Shown: piece after piece, positions 36,010 through 50,900 of the stretch
How positions within the stretch are numbered: position 1 is the stretch's first letter
Layout: every line of letters starts with the position of its first letter
The notes under the pieces: generated by a model
The model's database searches: none
What the model saw: the letters and a program-made list of their open reading frames with translations, nothing else
Told to the model about the DNA's origin: nothing
DNA from: Callorhinchus milii
Lineage: Eukaryota
NCBI RefSeq assembly: GCF_018977255.1
Contig: NW_024704742.1
Location: forward strand, 15,564,001 to 15,628,000
Length of the DNA stretch: 64,000 nt
Reading direction: 5' to 3'
Program-made: the position numbers and the translations under genes

Positions 36010-38360
36010 GATATTGAATCCTGTGTGTGTCTGCACCATATTAATGTGCATTCATTCTCCCAGCATACTGTAGAATTGTATTATTATTTACCTAGTCGGC
36101 CACTCATAAACTCATGCGTGTTCCGGTTCAGTTTTCAACCAATCTTCAAATATGCAATGATGTATCTGTAAATATTTTGCTTCACACTGAGCAAAATCAT
36201 CAACATTGCGTGTTTACATGTGGTTTTGCAATAAAAAAAAGTCAGTGTGGAGAATGCTGATGCATCTTGCACATGTAACCAACCCTGCTTGCAGCTGGAT
36301 TTCAAAATCTGAATGGATCCAGAGAGTCCTCAAAGACACTCAACTACAATTGCTAATCCACCAGGTCAGCTTGCACAATGCTAGCGCAGATGGTATCACT
36401 ACCTGGAACTCTGCCTCTAAGTGCATTGAAGTTTAAAACTACTTTCTAAGACACAACGGCTGCTTCATGCATTATTTACAGTATATCGTTGCGCAGCACT
36501 TTGAAACATCTTGACACTAGATCAGACATAATATCAAAGGATTATTATTATTACAGTATGGTGTGTTTGTGACTTATCTGTTAATACCTAGTACAAAATT
36601 TGCTTCTCTTTCTGTTTTCCTTCTGAAAACATCAGGATCCAAAGGAAACTTTGTGAACTGCATACTACACCATCTGACTCAGTTGAGGTGATTAAACAGT
36701 CAAACAGTTTGCATCTTGACTTTTACATTCGATTTGCGTTCGGCTGATTTACAGCATAAAAGTTACAGTGAGACCAATCTTTGTGGCTGGATGACTCATA
36801 AAAGTAAGGTAAGCATCATTCCCAAAACAAACAGATGTGTGAATGAGAGGCAGGAGATTCTTATTGTGGATGACATGTACGTGTTATGTAATACACACTG
36901 AAACAGGACATAGTAAAACAAAGCTAAACAAAAATAAGGCATGCCCGAAAGCCAGGAATAAAAGTTTTCAGTCAATATGAAGCTGGTCATGCCTTATTTG
37001 TGATGAACTTTGTTTTAGCATTTCCATCATCTTCTCCTGGCTAAATGTTTCAAATACACAAGAAACATTTTTCTTCAGTGTGGTGGACATGTAGAACAAA
37101 TTCCCAGGAAATGGAGTAGTTGTTTGTATCAGCACCTTGAAAAAAGAACTGAATCATTATCAGGTCAGGAACAAGCTTGGAGGCTGCAGATTGAAATGGT
37201 TGAAGTTCCTGATAGAGTAATTCTAGTTAGTTCTAAGCTATCAAGCATAGAACCTAGGCAGCCTTGCTTAGTCTGCGGATTGAAAACATTCAATGGGCCA
37301 AATTAATCTTTTCTCAATCTGCGCATACCACATATAAATTATCTCTAGGCATTTGAAGGGTATAATTTTGAAATATACTTTGCTATTTTATCAGAAAAAG
37401 GCATGTATTTGTCTCACTGTAGGACTATTGCCAACATAAAGCAGCTTAAACTGTGTTTAACCAGATTTACTAATATTGTGTCACTTTTAACTATCAAAAT
37501 GTTCTCTTTCACACACAAACAGGTTATTGTTATTTGAATTAAACATTCCAGCAGTTGACTCCTCTTAGATGAAGTGATCTGGGACTTCCTCCTGACATGA
37601 AAGGCGCTATACCAAATGCAAAGATTACAATGACNTTTTTTTAAGTGTTTATTTATTTTAGAAAGATAACGCCAACTAAATATTATAGNTTTTTTTAAAT
37701 ACAAGGTATATTCGGAACCTCTTTAAATCTGGGTCTTGTGGGTTGGGTCAGCCTTGACAGCAGGGATCAGAATAAACAGCTGCAATTTCATAAACATTGG
37801 CCAAAGCTTTGGTGACTCAGAGGAAAAATCAAGGTTGCTTTACAGTGAGCTGCAAGGCTTACAGTTCATTTTCACTCAGTCCTGTCTCCAGTCTGCTTTG
37901 AACTTCAGAGAGCTTTGTTTTTACTTAAGTAAAACTTTTTTAAGAGATTTTTAAAAAAAGTTGACCAACTCTATTGTGCATAGAACTCAATGGTATTGTG
38001 CTTGATTTATTACTTTAGTCTTTTTTTTAGTGCTCCAGCTTTCCTCGAGTGTTCACTGTTGTTTCTTGACTCTGGTGCCTGTTTTGGGGCGAAAAATAAC
38101 TTTTAAAAGTTGGAAACGTTACGATTTCGAGTGCTTTTTTCATCACAAAGGGGAAGTGCTGTTACATTTCCTTTGTCTACACTGTGTGTATGTATATATA
38201 TATATAAATGCTTTTATTTACCAGTTGGTTTTGTTTGCAAAACGAAATGCACCATAACTGATAGAATTGTCAGGACTTCACAGTCCTTTTGAACTCTTGG
38301 TGATTTTAGACGTATATATTTGTGTGCGAAGTCAGGGATTTTAGGTTAATTCGGGTTTAC

Positions 38361-38510
38361 TTGTTGTTGTTGTGTGTTTGCAGTGTGTGTGTGGTGTGTG
38401 TGTGTGTGGGTGGTGGTGTGTGTGTGGGTAGTGTGTGTGTGTGTGGGTGGTGTGTGGTGTGTGGTGTGTGTGTGTGTGTGTGGGGGTAGTGTGTGTGTGG
38501 TGTGTGTGTT
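38361..38510. repeat. Imperfect (GT)n/(GGT) microsatellite just upstream of the HTRA3 ATG
   Basis: About 150 nt of near-pure G/T ending 24 nt before the start codon. Confidence 0.95.
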
Positions 38511-38533
38511 GGCATTGCTATCCCAGGCTGGTG

Positions 38534-38972
38534 ATGGGGGGCTCGGCTGTATCCCTTGTGACTTGCTGTTGGCTGCTGTGTGCGGGCTGGGGCTGGGGCG
38601 TAGCCGCTCAGACCCTGGACCCGCCCGGCTGCCCTGGGCGCTGCGACGTCTCCAAGTGCCCGAGCCCAAGCTGCCTGCACGGCTATGTGCACGACTCCTG
38701 TCACTGCTGCCTGGTGTGCGCCGCCGGCCAGGGCCAGGGCTGCGGACGGCCCGGAGATGCCACGTGCGGGGAAGGGATGAAGTGCGTCCGCGCTCACCGC
38801 AAGCGCCTGCCCAGGGCGCAGGGAGTCTGTCGCTGCAAACTCAACTACCGAGTGTGCGGCAGCGATGGCAAAACCTACCACAACCTGTGTTACCTGAAGC
38901 TGGTCAGCAGGAGGGCCCTGCAGCTGGGAATGCCGTCCGTCTCTCAGCTCCACAAGGGTTCATGTGAAACAG
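38534..38972 (+). CDS. HTRA3: HTRA3 exon 1: signal peptide, IGFBP and Kazal domains
   Basis: [65 protein letters not shown]; donor AG|GTAAGC; CpG-rich. The choice of start codon is inferred. Confidence 0.9.
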
Positions 38973-41900
38973 GTAAGCAGCACTTCATCCCCGTCCAACA
39001 CTGCGATCTTGTACAGCAGATTGTACATTGTAGGCTTCACTGGTACAAAGTACAGTCAATAATAATAATAATAATCCCTCCAAAACCAAAAAAACAACAA
39101 TAAATTGGTCATTTTCAATCCACCACTGTTTGTAGGACACTGCTGTGCGCAATCGGCTGCCGCCTTCGCCCACAAATATACGGTCAGTTCACTTTACAGT
39201 GTGTTCTGTGAAGCGCTTTGGGACGTCCTCCCGACGTGAAAAGCACTATATCAAATGCAAGGATTATTATTATTATTATTATTATTAATTTACTTTACAG
39301 TATATTCTGTGAAGCGCTTTCAGACGTCTCAAAGGTGTGAAAAGCTGTTACATCAAATGCAATTATTATTATCATATTACTTTTATTATTATACAGTGTT
39401 TTCTCTACAGTATAGTGTACGTGTACAGCACAGTAATATTTAAACACCCTGGGAGGCTACCCAGTGGGAGGGGCCCTACATAAATGCAAGTTGTTGTAAT
39501 ACTTTCAGCGATTCCCGTATTCTTGCCCAGCTTATTTCCAAATAATCAAGTGCAGATTCCTATTGCGATCAATTTGCTCAGAGGAATTCATAATTCGTTT
39601 CTGCACAACATAATCTAATCTAGGCTGAGGCTGCATTGCCAGAGATGCTATCTTTTTGATGACTTATTAAACCATTTTCTTGTTGGGTGTTGGGTGTCAG
39701 CGCCTTGGGACGTCCTCCCGATGTGAAAGGCGCTCTATAAATGGAATCTTGTTGTTGTTGTTGTTGTAGGTTAAAAAACCCACAGCACAACTTTTAAGTA
39801 GAAAGGCCACCAGTTTCAACCTGTATTCTGACTTAACAATCCTCCAGAAAAATTAGTCAGTCAATTCTGTGCTGGGGCCTATGTGCATATCGACTGCTGA
39901 ATTCACTTACAAATACTCAGATTTCCATCTCCTACCCCATTCTATTCCCCTCCCTCCCTCCCTCCCTCACCCCCACCCACCCTTGTGCACTGAGAGCTGA
40001 GTAACCTTGTACTGCCTTTTACCCTGTCTCTGTGAAGTTAATGGCAGCAGTGCAATCCACACGCTCCCAATCCATTGATATTTTGTCCACTGCCTCAGTG
40101 GACCACATTTTTTGGATCACTTGCCTTAACAACAACAACAACTTGGCATTTACACAGCGTCCCTAATGCAGCGCAGCATCCCGGAGCACTTGAGCGACTG
40201 CCCCTAAACAACCCAATATCACTGCACTTCATTTCCTAAACGTTCCAAGTGTGAGCTGATGGGATATAAACAGCTTTTATATTTGTATGTGTAGATTGAT
40301 GAGCTAATGACATGTTTATGATTTTTTTTATTTTTTAACATGGCAAATGCCTTGTAAAATAATTTATTGAGTGATAGTGTTGTTTTCATCCTTGGACTCT
40401 CAGTAGTCCAGAGAAATTGCAGTCTCTCTGACTGGCTTTCTCTTTAAGTTTTTCATTCAGGGATTGGGATGTTGGACAAGCTTGTACTCTATACTCAGGT
40501 GGCAGGAGTAGTATGCTACTTTAATCTTTAAACTATTTAACTACAATAAACCCCAAAACAATTGATATGGACGTGAAATATTAAACAATTTACAGTACTT
40601 ATACTCATATATTGCCTACATTGCCCCCTCTATTTCAGACAACACATGTAATTTCAAACAAATGTACCTTATTCCAGCTACTGCCTTTTATAACTTTCTA
40701 ACTTTTATAAAAAGAAATTCTCAACCTCATTTTCCTTGGCCCTGGCCTGCATTTTGGAGGTGGCCTACATTGGAAAATTTGCTGTTGTTGTTGTTGTTGA
40801 AAATTTGCCTTCTGATTGTCTGTAAGTTGCCTCCAGGTAATATTTTACCAGCCATTTATTGCCAGAACTGAAAGATCAATCCAACATGTTTCTATGCCTC
40901 AAACAAAGAAGGCTGCTTCGTGGTAAGACTTTTTGTCTGTTTTATCAACAGCTTGGTCATAGCTGATTTAAATATCCACTGCACAACAAGTTATAACCAG
41001 AAATATCCTAATATTGCATTGTGGATTGTTGACCAAATGGAATCTTGTTGTTGTTGTTGTTATTGTTGTTGATTTGCCTTCAGTGAGATTGAGACTAAAA
41101 GTTACCACTGCAGTCTCATATAATTGGTTACTTAACATTTTTCATTCAGTTGAGTTATGAGCTGGGCTTTGTTACTAGCTGGGCTTCAAAGTGCATCTGT
41201 CACATAGTTGCTGATGGTAATTTTATTCAACATTTTTGAACAAGGCTGCTGTCATTCTTCATTAGCATTTTGTTTTTATGAGAATGTTATTTGGACTGTA
41301 TTTTTTGAAACACATAAAAAAAATTGTTATTCTGGCAGCAGGCCCTCAAGGACTTACTAATAGACATAAAGGAATTTAGGTTGCATTTCTTTCAAACTGA
41401 GCACAGTGCATTTGCTTATGAAATGGAAAGGCAACACATTATCTTCTTTCTGCAATTTGTCTTACCATTTCAAAAAGGTGCAAATTGAAGCAGGGGAACT
41501 TTCAAGGTAGTTGTTTTGATTCATTTTCTGTGTAGGTTGTTTTTTTTCCCAGAACAGTTGGTCCCTCAGCGAGTAGCTGTCATTATTGGAGCAGGAATCA
41601 GCTTCCTTCCTGTTCCTGGATAACAGTCCCCATGCCCCAGTGATACAAATTACTTTTTGTTTGTTAACCACTTTGCAGCTCTGCCTTATACATCCAGTAC
41701 TGGGAAGCACGCAGTTCCCCATTGTTAATCTAAGAGCCCATTACTGACGGAACCACTGATCCTTTCAGTAGAGCTTTTCATTTAAAATAAACAACAACAA
41801 CAAAATTACATTTATAGAGCGCCTTTCACGTCGGGAGGACGTACTAAAGTGCTGAACAGTCAGGTGTTGGGGCCCGAGCATGGGGAAGGGGTGGTGTAGG

Positions 41901-44900
41901 GGTGAGGGAAGGCAGAGAGGTGGGAGGGAGACCAAAGGCACGATCGAAGAGAAGGGTCTTGAGACCGGCCTTGAAGGAGGCAAGAGAGGAAACGAGGCAA
42001 AGGGCTGTGGGATGCAGTTCCAGAGTGTTTGGGCAGAGAGGCTGAAAGCCCGGCCATCGATGATAGGGCAGGTCGGGCGGGAGACATGGAGCAGGCCAGA
42101 GCCCGCTGAATGGAGGGAGCGGGCAGGTTGGTAGGGAGTCAGCAGGTCAGAGAGGTAGGAGGGGGCAAGACCATGGATGGCCTTGCCCCCTTAAAGTGAA
42201 GATGAGGACCTGGAACTCGATCCTCTGAGGGAGGGGGAGCCAGTGGAGTCGGGCGAGGGTGGGAGTGATGGGGTCTCGGAGCCTGGTGCGTGAGAGTACA
42301 CGAGCTGCAGAGTTTTGGATGATCTGCAGCTTGTGAAAGGGAAGAGTTGGGAAGGCCGATGAGGAGGGAGTTCCTGTAATCAAGCCTTGAGGTGACGAAT
42401 GCGTGGGTGAGGGTTTCGGCAGCCTGAGGGGTGAGGCAGTGGCGGAGTCTGGCAATATTGTGGAGTTTGATCAAAAACAGTTTGATGCTATGATGGGAGG
42501 TGAGTATTCTGGAAGGATGAGATCAGATGAACAGAAGGACCTTCTTCATTCAAACTAATCTTGTCAACTTGCGAGTGGCTCTCTTACAATAATAATAATT
42601 CTTGCATTTGATATCATGCCTTATTACGTCTTTGAGATGCCTCAAAGAGCTTCACAGAGTTGACTGTATATTTTGTGGGCAAAACGGCAGCCAAATGGCA
42701 AGTTTCCAACAACCTACTGCAATTGATAAAATGATTATATTTCCAAACATGTATAGAGAAATGAATATTGCAACTTTTATTAACATACACAGTAAATTAT
42801 TTTCATTCCATGACATTTCACTTTAACTTTCATCCATGTCTAAAGACAAAGCCTCTGTGCAGTGTAAAGGTCTACATTAGGTGTAAACTCAAAGTATCAA
42901 AAATGCCTCACTATATTTAACTAAGAAACTTTATTTTTGTGAGTGTGAAAGTGCTTGTGAAAGCTAATTGCATAAACATTGCAAAGAGATTATGGAATCA
43001 TTGTCACAGATGGTTGGATTACCTTCAGCAATTTAAAGAATTTAAATAGTGCTCGTTTTTCGATGGGATTACAAACCTGATTACAAACATTGGCTCAGAT
43101 GGTTAAGCCTATTAAAGAGAAACTTGAATTCCTTCCACATGAACAGTTGCAGGAACACAAACCAAAGCCAGTTGAGGTGAAAGCTGCAGTTTATTCTTGG
43201 AAGAGTAAATTGCTAATATCCATTCATAATCTATTATGCAGAATAGTGCAGAATAACATACATTCTGATCTTTTCCGCAGATGGTAGGAACAAACGTTGT
43301 TTTTACTAGTATTTTTTCAATTGTGAATCCAAAATGATATATTCTCTACAATGTAACAAAAGTAAATCTGGTTGATAGTGTTTCCAAACCAAAATTTTGT
43401 TCTGCAAAGCAGCCGTCCTGCCCCACCATTACATGCCAGATATACAGAAAGATTCACGTTTCATTTTACTACACAATGTGCTAAATTTGAAGTGAAAATA
43501 TGACACTGGAAGCCCAACATTCCTCTCTTTGTTGAATGGAATTTCAAGAGATAATGGAAATTGGTTTGAGTTTCCCGGGTCCCTGAAATTCACAACTCTT
43601 ATAACAAAACAAGTGAAAAATGTTCGACAAGAAAGAAAATGACAATTGAGCTCAGGAGGGCCATGTTATAGGCCATTTAGAAGAAGGTCTGCAAAATACA
43701 GCGGCTAAAAAGACACAGGGGAAAGGAGTGTAGAACATTAGAACAGACCTAGGGTTTAGGGAGGTTAGTAAAGTAACCTGTTTGGAGGAGGATCTGATTT
43801 AGGAGCAAGAAGATTGTATAATAATAATAAATAATCCTTGCATTTGATATAGTGCCTTATCATGTCTTCAAGCGCTTCACAGAATGTACTGTAAAGTGAA
43901 TTGATTGTGTATTTTGTGGGCGAAAAGCGGCAGCCACTGTGGTACAGCAGTATCCCATAAACAGTCGTGGTTTGAGTGACCAAATTATTATTTTTAAAAA
44001 AAGGATTTATTACCCCTGGAAAAGCGATCCGCTAATCAACTAACAATCGGGTTCCTAGTTACTGCTGGGTAAACAGAGGCGTGTGGAATAAGGAAACTTG
44101 CGCAACATTTTGTCCTGCCAGGAATCAAACCCAGGTGCTTTTGCTTGTGGGGCGAGTGCTCTAACCACTGAGATACAGGATCCGCGAACACACTTTGAAG
44201 GCAAGCTTGGCTACTGTAGCCTTTTGTGATTACAAGAGGAGGGGAAGGAGCACTAAGGATATTAGAGACTTAAATAAGCAACAGATATTCCCCTAGCTCC
44301 TGGCCTGACCAATGTATGGTCCTTGAGGAAGGTCTGACAATAAGACCTGTTGCTGAAGGAGTTACAGAGACATTGCTTTTAGAACTTCACCACACTTGTT
44401 TGCACTCCGTGTATAACCGATCGACATAATCACCAATTAGAGGGTTTGTTCTGTTGGGTTTATACTGCAAGTTTAGCGATGAACCACTGTAACTTTGGCA
44501 ATGATTCACTGCCAACCGTGTAGTATACAATCCAATCCAAATTTACATAATATAGCGCCTTTCATGTCGAGAAGGCAATGACAAATAAGTACAAATATGA
44601 GCTGAGAGTCAGCACTGGAGCTCAGCTCCTGAGAAGACCTGAAGAGAATGTGAGTGATTGACATCTAACTGCAATATAAAGGTGGCGGGATTGAATCACA
44701 CTAGGCTTGATCTCTCGCGGTCAGTTGTAAGGTCCCTGACAGTTTATTGAACTGCTCAAGAAGTTTCAACTTACTAAAGAGGCAATCACACAACTGCATT
44801 TGTAGAACCCTGAACATCAGGTATTAATTTATCCATGGCCCAAAATGTGAAGCAGAGTCCAGGCTTTCTGTCTTTCACATGTAGCGCTCTTAGTAAAGTG

Positions 44901-47900
44901 GCTTCACTTGCAGCAGTATAAACAGAACATGCAGCATATCCCTTCTACTTCAGTGGAGAAGTACAGTGGGTTGTAATTTTCTCTACATCATTGTGTTTTT
45001 AGTGAACATTTTTTAAATGCCATGTTTTAGTCACTTGGGTGACTTTTAATCTGTTTTGTTTAATATATGTTTTCTGGGCTTGCTCAGCTGAAGAATAGAG
45101 AAAAAGCACACTCCCCCTGCTCAGAAATAATGTTTAAGAGATCCTGAAGCCTAGGTGAATATTTGAGCTCGGAAAAATAGGCACTTCAGCCATTAAGGCT
45201 GTGCTGGAGTTTTTCTTTGCAAGAGGCACCTAATTTAATCCCTTTCTTCCACTTGCTCTCTATACCCTTTAATATTCCTCCTGTTCAATAATCTGTCCTC
45301 AGGCGGTGTGTGTGTCAAAAATATTTTTAATACCCCGGACTGCAATATGCATGTTATTGTCTTATTGTAAAAAAATATGCAATTCATTGACAGTCCCATT
45401 TAATCCTTCTAAGGTAATTATAGAACCATTTGCTTCATGACAATGAGGTTTAATTGCTATTTACATTTAGTTTTATGGACATTTGCCAGTCAGACATCAT
45501 CCCTGTTTATAATCCCTTTCCAAATGTCTCTTTAGAGATAGGTCTGGGCCTGACTTTCCCAGGGTCAGATCTCAAAGCCTCGATAAAATCCTGCTATAAA
45601 ATCATGCGAACAGCTGTGCCTCGCTGACATGACACTGGTTTAAAGTATTGTGAAATTCTGATGTACTGTTCCATAACCTCTGACATGATGTTTATTTTTT
45701 GTGAATTTTAAACCAGCAGAATATTGATATAAAGCATCCCTTTACAAAGTGGTCTTACTCCTAACAAGCACAACTTTGAAGCCTACTATGAGGCACTGAG
45801 GCAGAAGTCTGCATAAAATCATTAGGAAATACAGAACAAGGAAAGGCTGCTAAATAATAAGCCTAATAAAACAGTGAAATCTTTCCATGACCCTTGAAAT
45901 TAATCAAGTGAAGCTCCAGAATATCAGTCTGATACTGCAATCTGTAATGTTCAGCCCTGACTGGTTGCATTCCACACGCTTTTCCATGAATTTAACAGGA
46001 ATGGAACTTCATGTTCCATCGAGTATTTGATAATTTATTTGTTATATCTTTAAATTAATTATAACATAGCACTAATTACTTTAGATGGGAATCTTCCCTA
46101 CATATCTAATAATCTTTGAAAATCAAAATGTTTCACTTGTCAATGATGTACACATAACCATGGGCTGAGACATTACTTCAATAACAGTTTGTTATTGTAA
46201 CTTAAGGACTGAATTTATGAACTAGGAGTGAATTACATTAATTAATGTAACTTATTGCACCAGAATAGTTTATTCAGTAGAATTCTGATAGTTTATTCAG
46301 TTTATTTAGTTTATTCAACACTCTGATGTTTATTTGCTGATATTTCTCTTTTCTACCATTACTACAAAAAATTACATATTTCCTGACTATTTGTATTTAA
46401 TATTCGACTATTTGTTTGTCGGGCTGACTGAGTTTTTTGGTACGTTTTCCACTGAATCAGATGTTTGTACGTTCAAGCCCCACATTGGGACTCAGAACTC
46501 ATATAGTCTAAAGTGACACTCCAATGCAGTACTGGGAATGCGCTGCATAATTGGAGGCGCCTGCCTTTGGATGAGATGTTAAACTGTGGCTCTCTGTGGC
46601 TGTTTAGGTAGACGTTAAAGATCCCATGACAAATTTCTAAAAGAGAAGGGATTTTCTCTTTGGTGGTCAACAAACCCCTAAATAAAATTGCTCATTCACT
46701 TCATGGCTTGTTTGTGAGACATTGCTTTGAGCAAAATTGGTCGCTGCAATTGTGTTTGCCCATACACAATCACTGCATTTTTCAATTTGCAGTATATTCC
46801 AAATCCTTTGGGACATACTTCTGACATGAAAGGTGTTATACCAATTTAGATACCTATGGATAATTATTATTATTATTTGTGCATATTGAATACAATAGTT
46901 TATTAAAGGCGTTTACTGTTTGTCATTTGTTATGGGCTTATCAGATTTTATATTTTAGTAACTTCATGCATTCTATAATTAATGTACAGCATTTCTTCTG
47001 CATAGTATAGGTGAATCACATCCAAACAGCCCAAGGTACAAATTCAATTTTATAGCAGATGTGGTGGAGAAGATTGCTCCTGCAGTTGTGCACATTGAGC
47101 GCTTCCTAAGGTAAGTCTTCAGAAGGCAATATAACAAAATAATAACAATATAACAATTTAACTTGTATTTATATAGTGCCTTTCACATCTTATAGTGTCT
47201 CAGAATGCTGTTCAGGTGATGTATTACCAGTCTAATATATTTAAAGAATACCTGTAATTGAAGTGCCTTTAAATGTAGAACTCTTCAGAATTCTCTAAAA
47301 TATCTTGGATGTCCTTTTACAACAAAGCAAGTTACTTTGTTTAGAAACAGTGGACAATTAAGCTGTTATCTCAAGCTTTTAAATCAAAAGGTTTCTGGGT
47401 TTATGGTGTTGTTGCCAATGTACCATCCGTTGGTAATAAGGTGGTCAGGCAACCTTTCCTTGATATTGAGACGCTATATCAAATGCAAGGATTATTATTA
47501 TTATAATATTATATCTCTGTCATTCTCTGCTATCATTTGGCTACAAATAAACATGCAACAGTAAGGGAGTGCAGCTCACCTTCTGAAAACTGCCTGGAAT
47601 ATGCTCAAAATCTAACATGGTGGCACAGCTGAGAATTCTAACTCAACATCTGAGGAAATGTGAACCAATATTCCATCACACTGCCATGGCCACCTTGTTT
47701 ATGTTATAGCAAGCTTGGGTCATCATTCAATTGTTTTCTTCCTGAATGCGAGTCTCTTATCGCTTAGTTCTGCATTATGAAATTCCAAATGAATATGAAT
47801 CAAGGTTCATTTTAGCACTTAAATGATGCTACGTGGATTCTTTGTAATCAATCCCATAGGATATATAGAAAGGCTTAATTGGTGAACTGTATTGTATAGA

Positions 47901-50900
47901 TCTGTGGCATGTGTTGGACTCGGGTAGTGACAGTAGAATTGGCCTCAAAACTCATGAGCTAAATTGGGAATTATCAGTCTGTAGATTCTGTTTATGCCAC
48001 CAACCATTGGCATCATGTCTAAATTGTGATAGTCAGAATAGATGTCGCAAATAGTGACTTATGGTGGTAAATGGAAGTTCATTATGCTGGAGCCATAACT
48101 AGATCTTGTCAGAGTGAAAGTCTTATGGATCAGCTATTTTGCAACTCGTTTCACCAATTTTGTTCTCCAAATACTGTGGTGGACTGCAATAAACAAAATA
48201 TGGTTGAAAGAAAATATTAATAGTTCATACCATTTATGCTTTAAAGAATGTTCAAAAACTATCAGTCTTATTTTATTTTCTCTATATACACAGGCATCCT
48301 CTGTTCCAGCGTAGTGTCCCACTGTCCAGTGGTTCAGGCTTTCTAATATCAGACAGTGGGTTAATTGTGACCAATGCACACGTGGTTATGTCTAATAACA
48401 ATTTAATGTCAAGTCGGCAACAGATAAAGGTGCAGGTGCACAATGGAGATAACTATGAAGCAACTATAACAGACATTGACAAGAAATCAGACATAGCAAC
48501 AATAAAGATTAACTCTAAGGTAAGCGACTTTACGTTTTAATTGCTGGGGTTGGGTACCTTTTTAAGTTTTGTCAAGATGCTTTTTTGTTATTTTACTTTT
48601 AACCTTTTTTTTTAAGTTCTCATTAAAGGGAGAACAGGGAATTGAATATTCTTTTTTCCATCCTGGATACCCAATGTGAGCAACAATCCTTCTAGGTGAT
48701 CCATAATACAGCCAATTGCAGAATAAAGACCTCTATTAACTCTATTAACCAACAAACTCAAAGGAGCACTCCCTGTCTCATCATATTTTCCTGATTCCCA
48801 CAGTAACAGTCCTTGGTGACTATTTTAAGCAGGAGTTGACCATTGCCCATCTAGCCTAATCATCTCATTTCTCCAAACATTCCTTTGACTATCATCTTGT
48901 CATCTGATAATCCTGAATCCTTTATTGAAGATTTAAAAAATCACTAATAAAAATTTTAAAGTAAAATAAGAAGAAGGCATCTTGACAAAAGTGGTCGTGA
49001 GGTAGAATGGAGAGTGGAATTTTTCAGGTCCACTGTACCAACATGCAAGGATGGATGGGGAGGGGATGAGAATTATAAAATGACATAATAACTTATGATG
49101 TAAAATGTATGGTTCAATCTACCATTATGATACTTTGCAGAAAAAGCTTCCAGTGCTGTTACTGGGACGGTCAGTTGACCTCAGGCCGGGAGAATTTGTA
49201 GTGGCCATTGGGAGCCCATTTGCTCTGCAAAATACAGTAACTACTGGTATTGTCAGCTCCGCTCAGAGGGATGGGAAGGAACTGGGCCTGAGAGACTCAG
49301 ACATGGATTATATTCAGACAGATGCCATCATCAATGTAAGTACAATGTATCAAGCTAACTGGATCATAATGTAGCCTGAGACAGGAAGAAACTTTCTGTT
49401 TTTGCAAGCATTCCCCGAGTCTTCTCTAGCTCCAATTTCAGACAATTGTATTCTTTGTCTTAGAGGATATTGACATTATCAGGATAGAGACTGTTGAGAA
49501 CAATGACAATATTAATATATGGTTGCAGGGTTTCAAAACCATCACAGGTGACAATTTGGGAATGTCACTAATGTAACCCACAGATGTGCGCCCAAAAGCC
49601 AAAACATAAGAAAAATGGCACAAAATGTAGCCTATCAAGGCAGTTCCATCATGATCCATGTACGATTTTCATTGTTCAACCCTGGCTAATAATTTCAACT
49701 GCTGACATTTTCGAGTTGACAGTACAATGGCGAAAAAGACAGTACTGTACTAGGTGGTCAGAAGAGTGCACCACATTTACATTGTGGAAAAATCCAGTTT
49801 AATACCTGCTCATCTTAATCACTGCACACGTCCTCAAGCAAAACTCTATGAATTCTGACAACCTGAACTTTGCAACACAATTTAAATGTATGACAGTAAA
49901 AGTGACACATGATAATATCCACATCATTGAATGAGAGGGTTTACCATATGCACAGATATGTTTGAGCTTTTGTTTTCGGGATGCATTGTGGAGCAAAATG
50001 TTACGTAGCAAGTTTCCTTCGCCCACAAAGTTTATATTCAGTGAATCATGAGCAGAGGAGATAATCATGAAGATAAATCAATACAAATCAGTGATATTTG
50101 AGTTACACTTGCATTTCTACCTTTTTTTCTTTCATACAACTTTGCATAAAAATAGATTTAGCTACCAGTGGAGTGAAATTATTTATTTTTAAGCACTGTA
50201 ATTTGTTGCATGAATTCATGAGCACTAAAAAAAAGCTCAGTAGCTCAAAAAAGAGGAGAAATAACAGATAAAATTGGCAAGAAAACTTGTATTTAATAGA
50301 GTTGGCACAACTAACAATAACAACAACTCACCAAATACAATAGGTGGCTCTCCACTTGTTGGTAAGTATATCAATCTTGTCCTCAAGCTCATATTATTCT
50401 CTGCTTATCAGAAATTGTATGATCTTTGGTGGTCAAACTCACATCAGCTAAAGTTTATTGACAAGCAGAGAATCACCTTCTAACTTACTTAATTAAAACT
50501 TACTGTATTTACTCCTCTTTTGTTTATTGCTCGATTCTGAAGTATGGAAACTCAGGAGGTCCTTTGGTGAATCTGGTAAGTGCTCTTGTCAATTAATTTT
50601 GTTTTGCACATGCTATATTTGCACTTGCACATGCTTCTCTTTGACCGTGCTTATGGCTACCTCCTCCTCCCCCCGGCTCGGAGTCCGGCTTTGCCATTGA
50701 CGCTACCCTGCTTGGAGGGCGCTTTATAAGTGCAAGTTGTTGTTGTAAAATCTGTAAATTTTTAATTGAAATGCAGGCGTCTGAAATACATTCTCTTCCA
50801 ATAAGGTCTATGGCATTTGTGCTGTACCACTTTTCCAGTCGTCAAAAACAAAATTATTACAACACTTTAGATACCATTGTCGTCTGTAAATAATTAAGTT

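Noticed and set aside
37635..37689. Two N bases next to T-runs
   Set aside because: Assembly ambiguity at homopolymers, not biology.
38357..38967. Long ORFs 38357-38953(-), 38374-38967(+), 38346-38669(-) and the N-terminal extension of 38435-39103
   Set aside because: Shadow frames of the GC-rich HTRA3 exon 1 and the stop-free GT microsatellite; only the frame from ATG 38534 has domain content.
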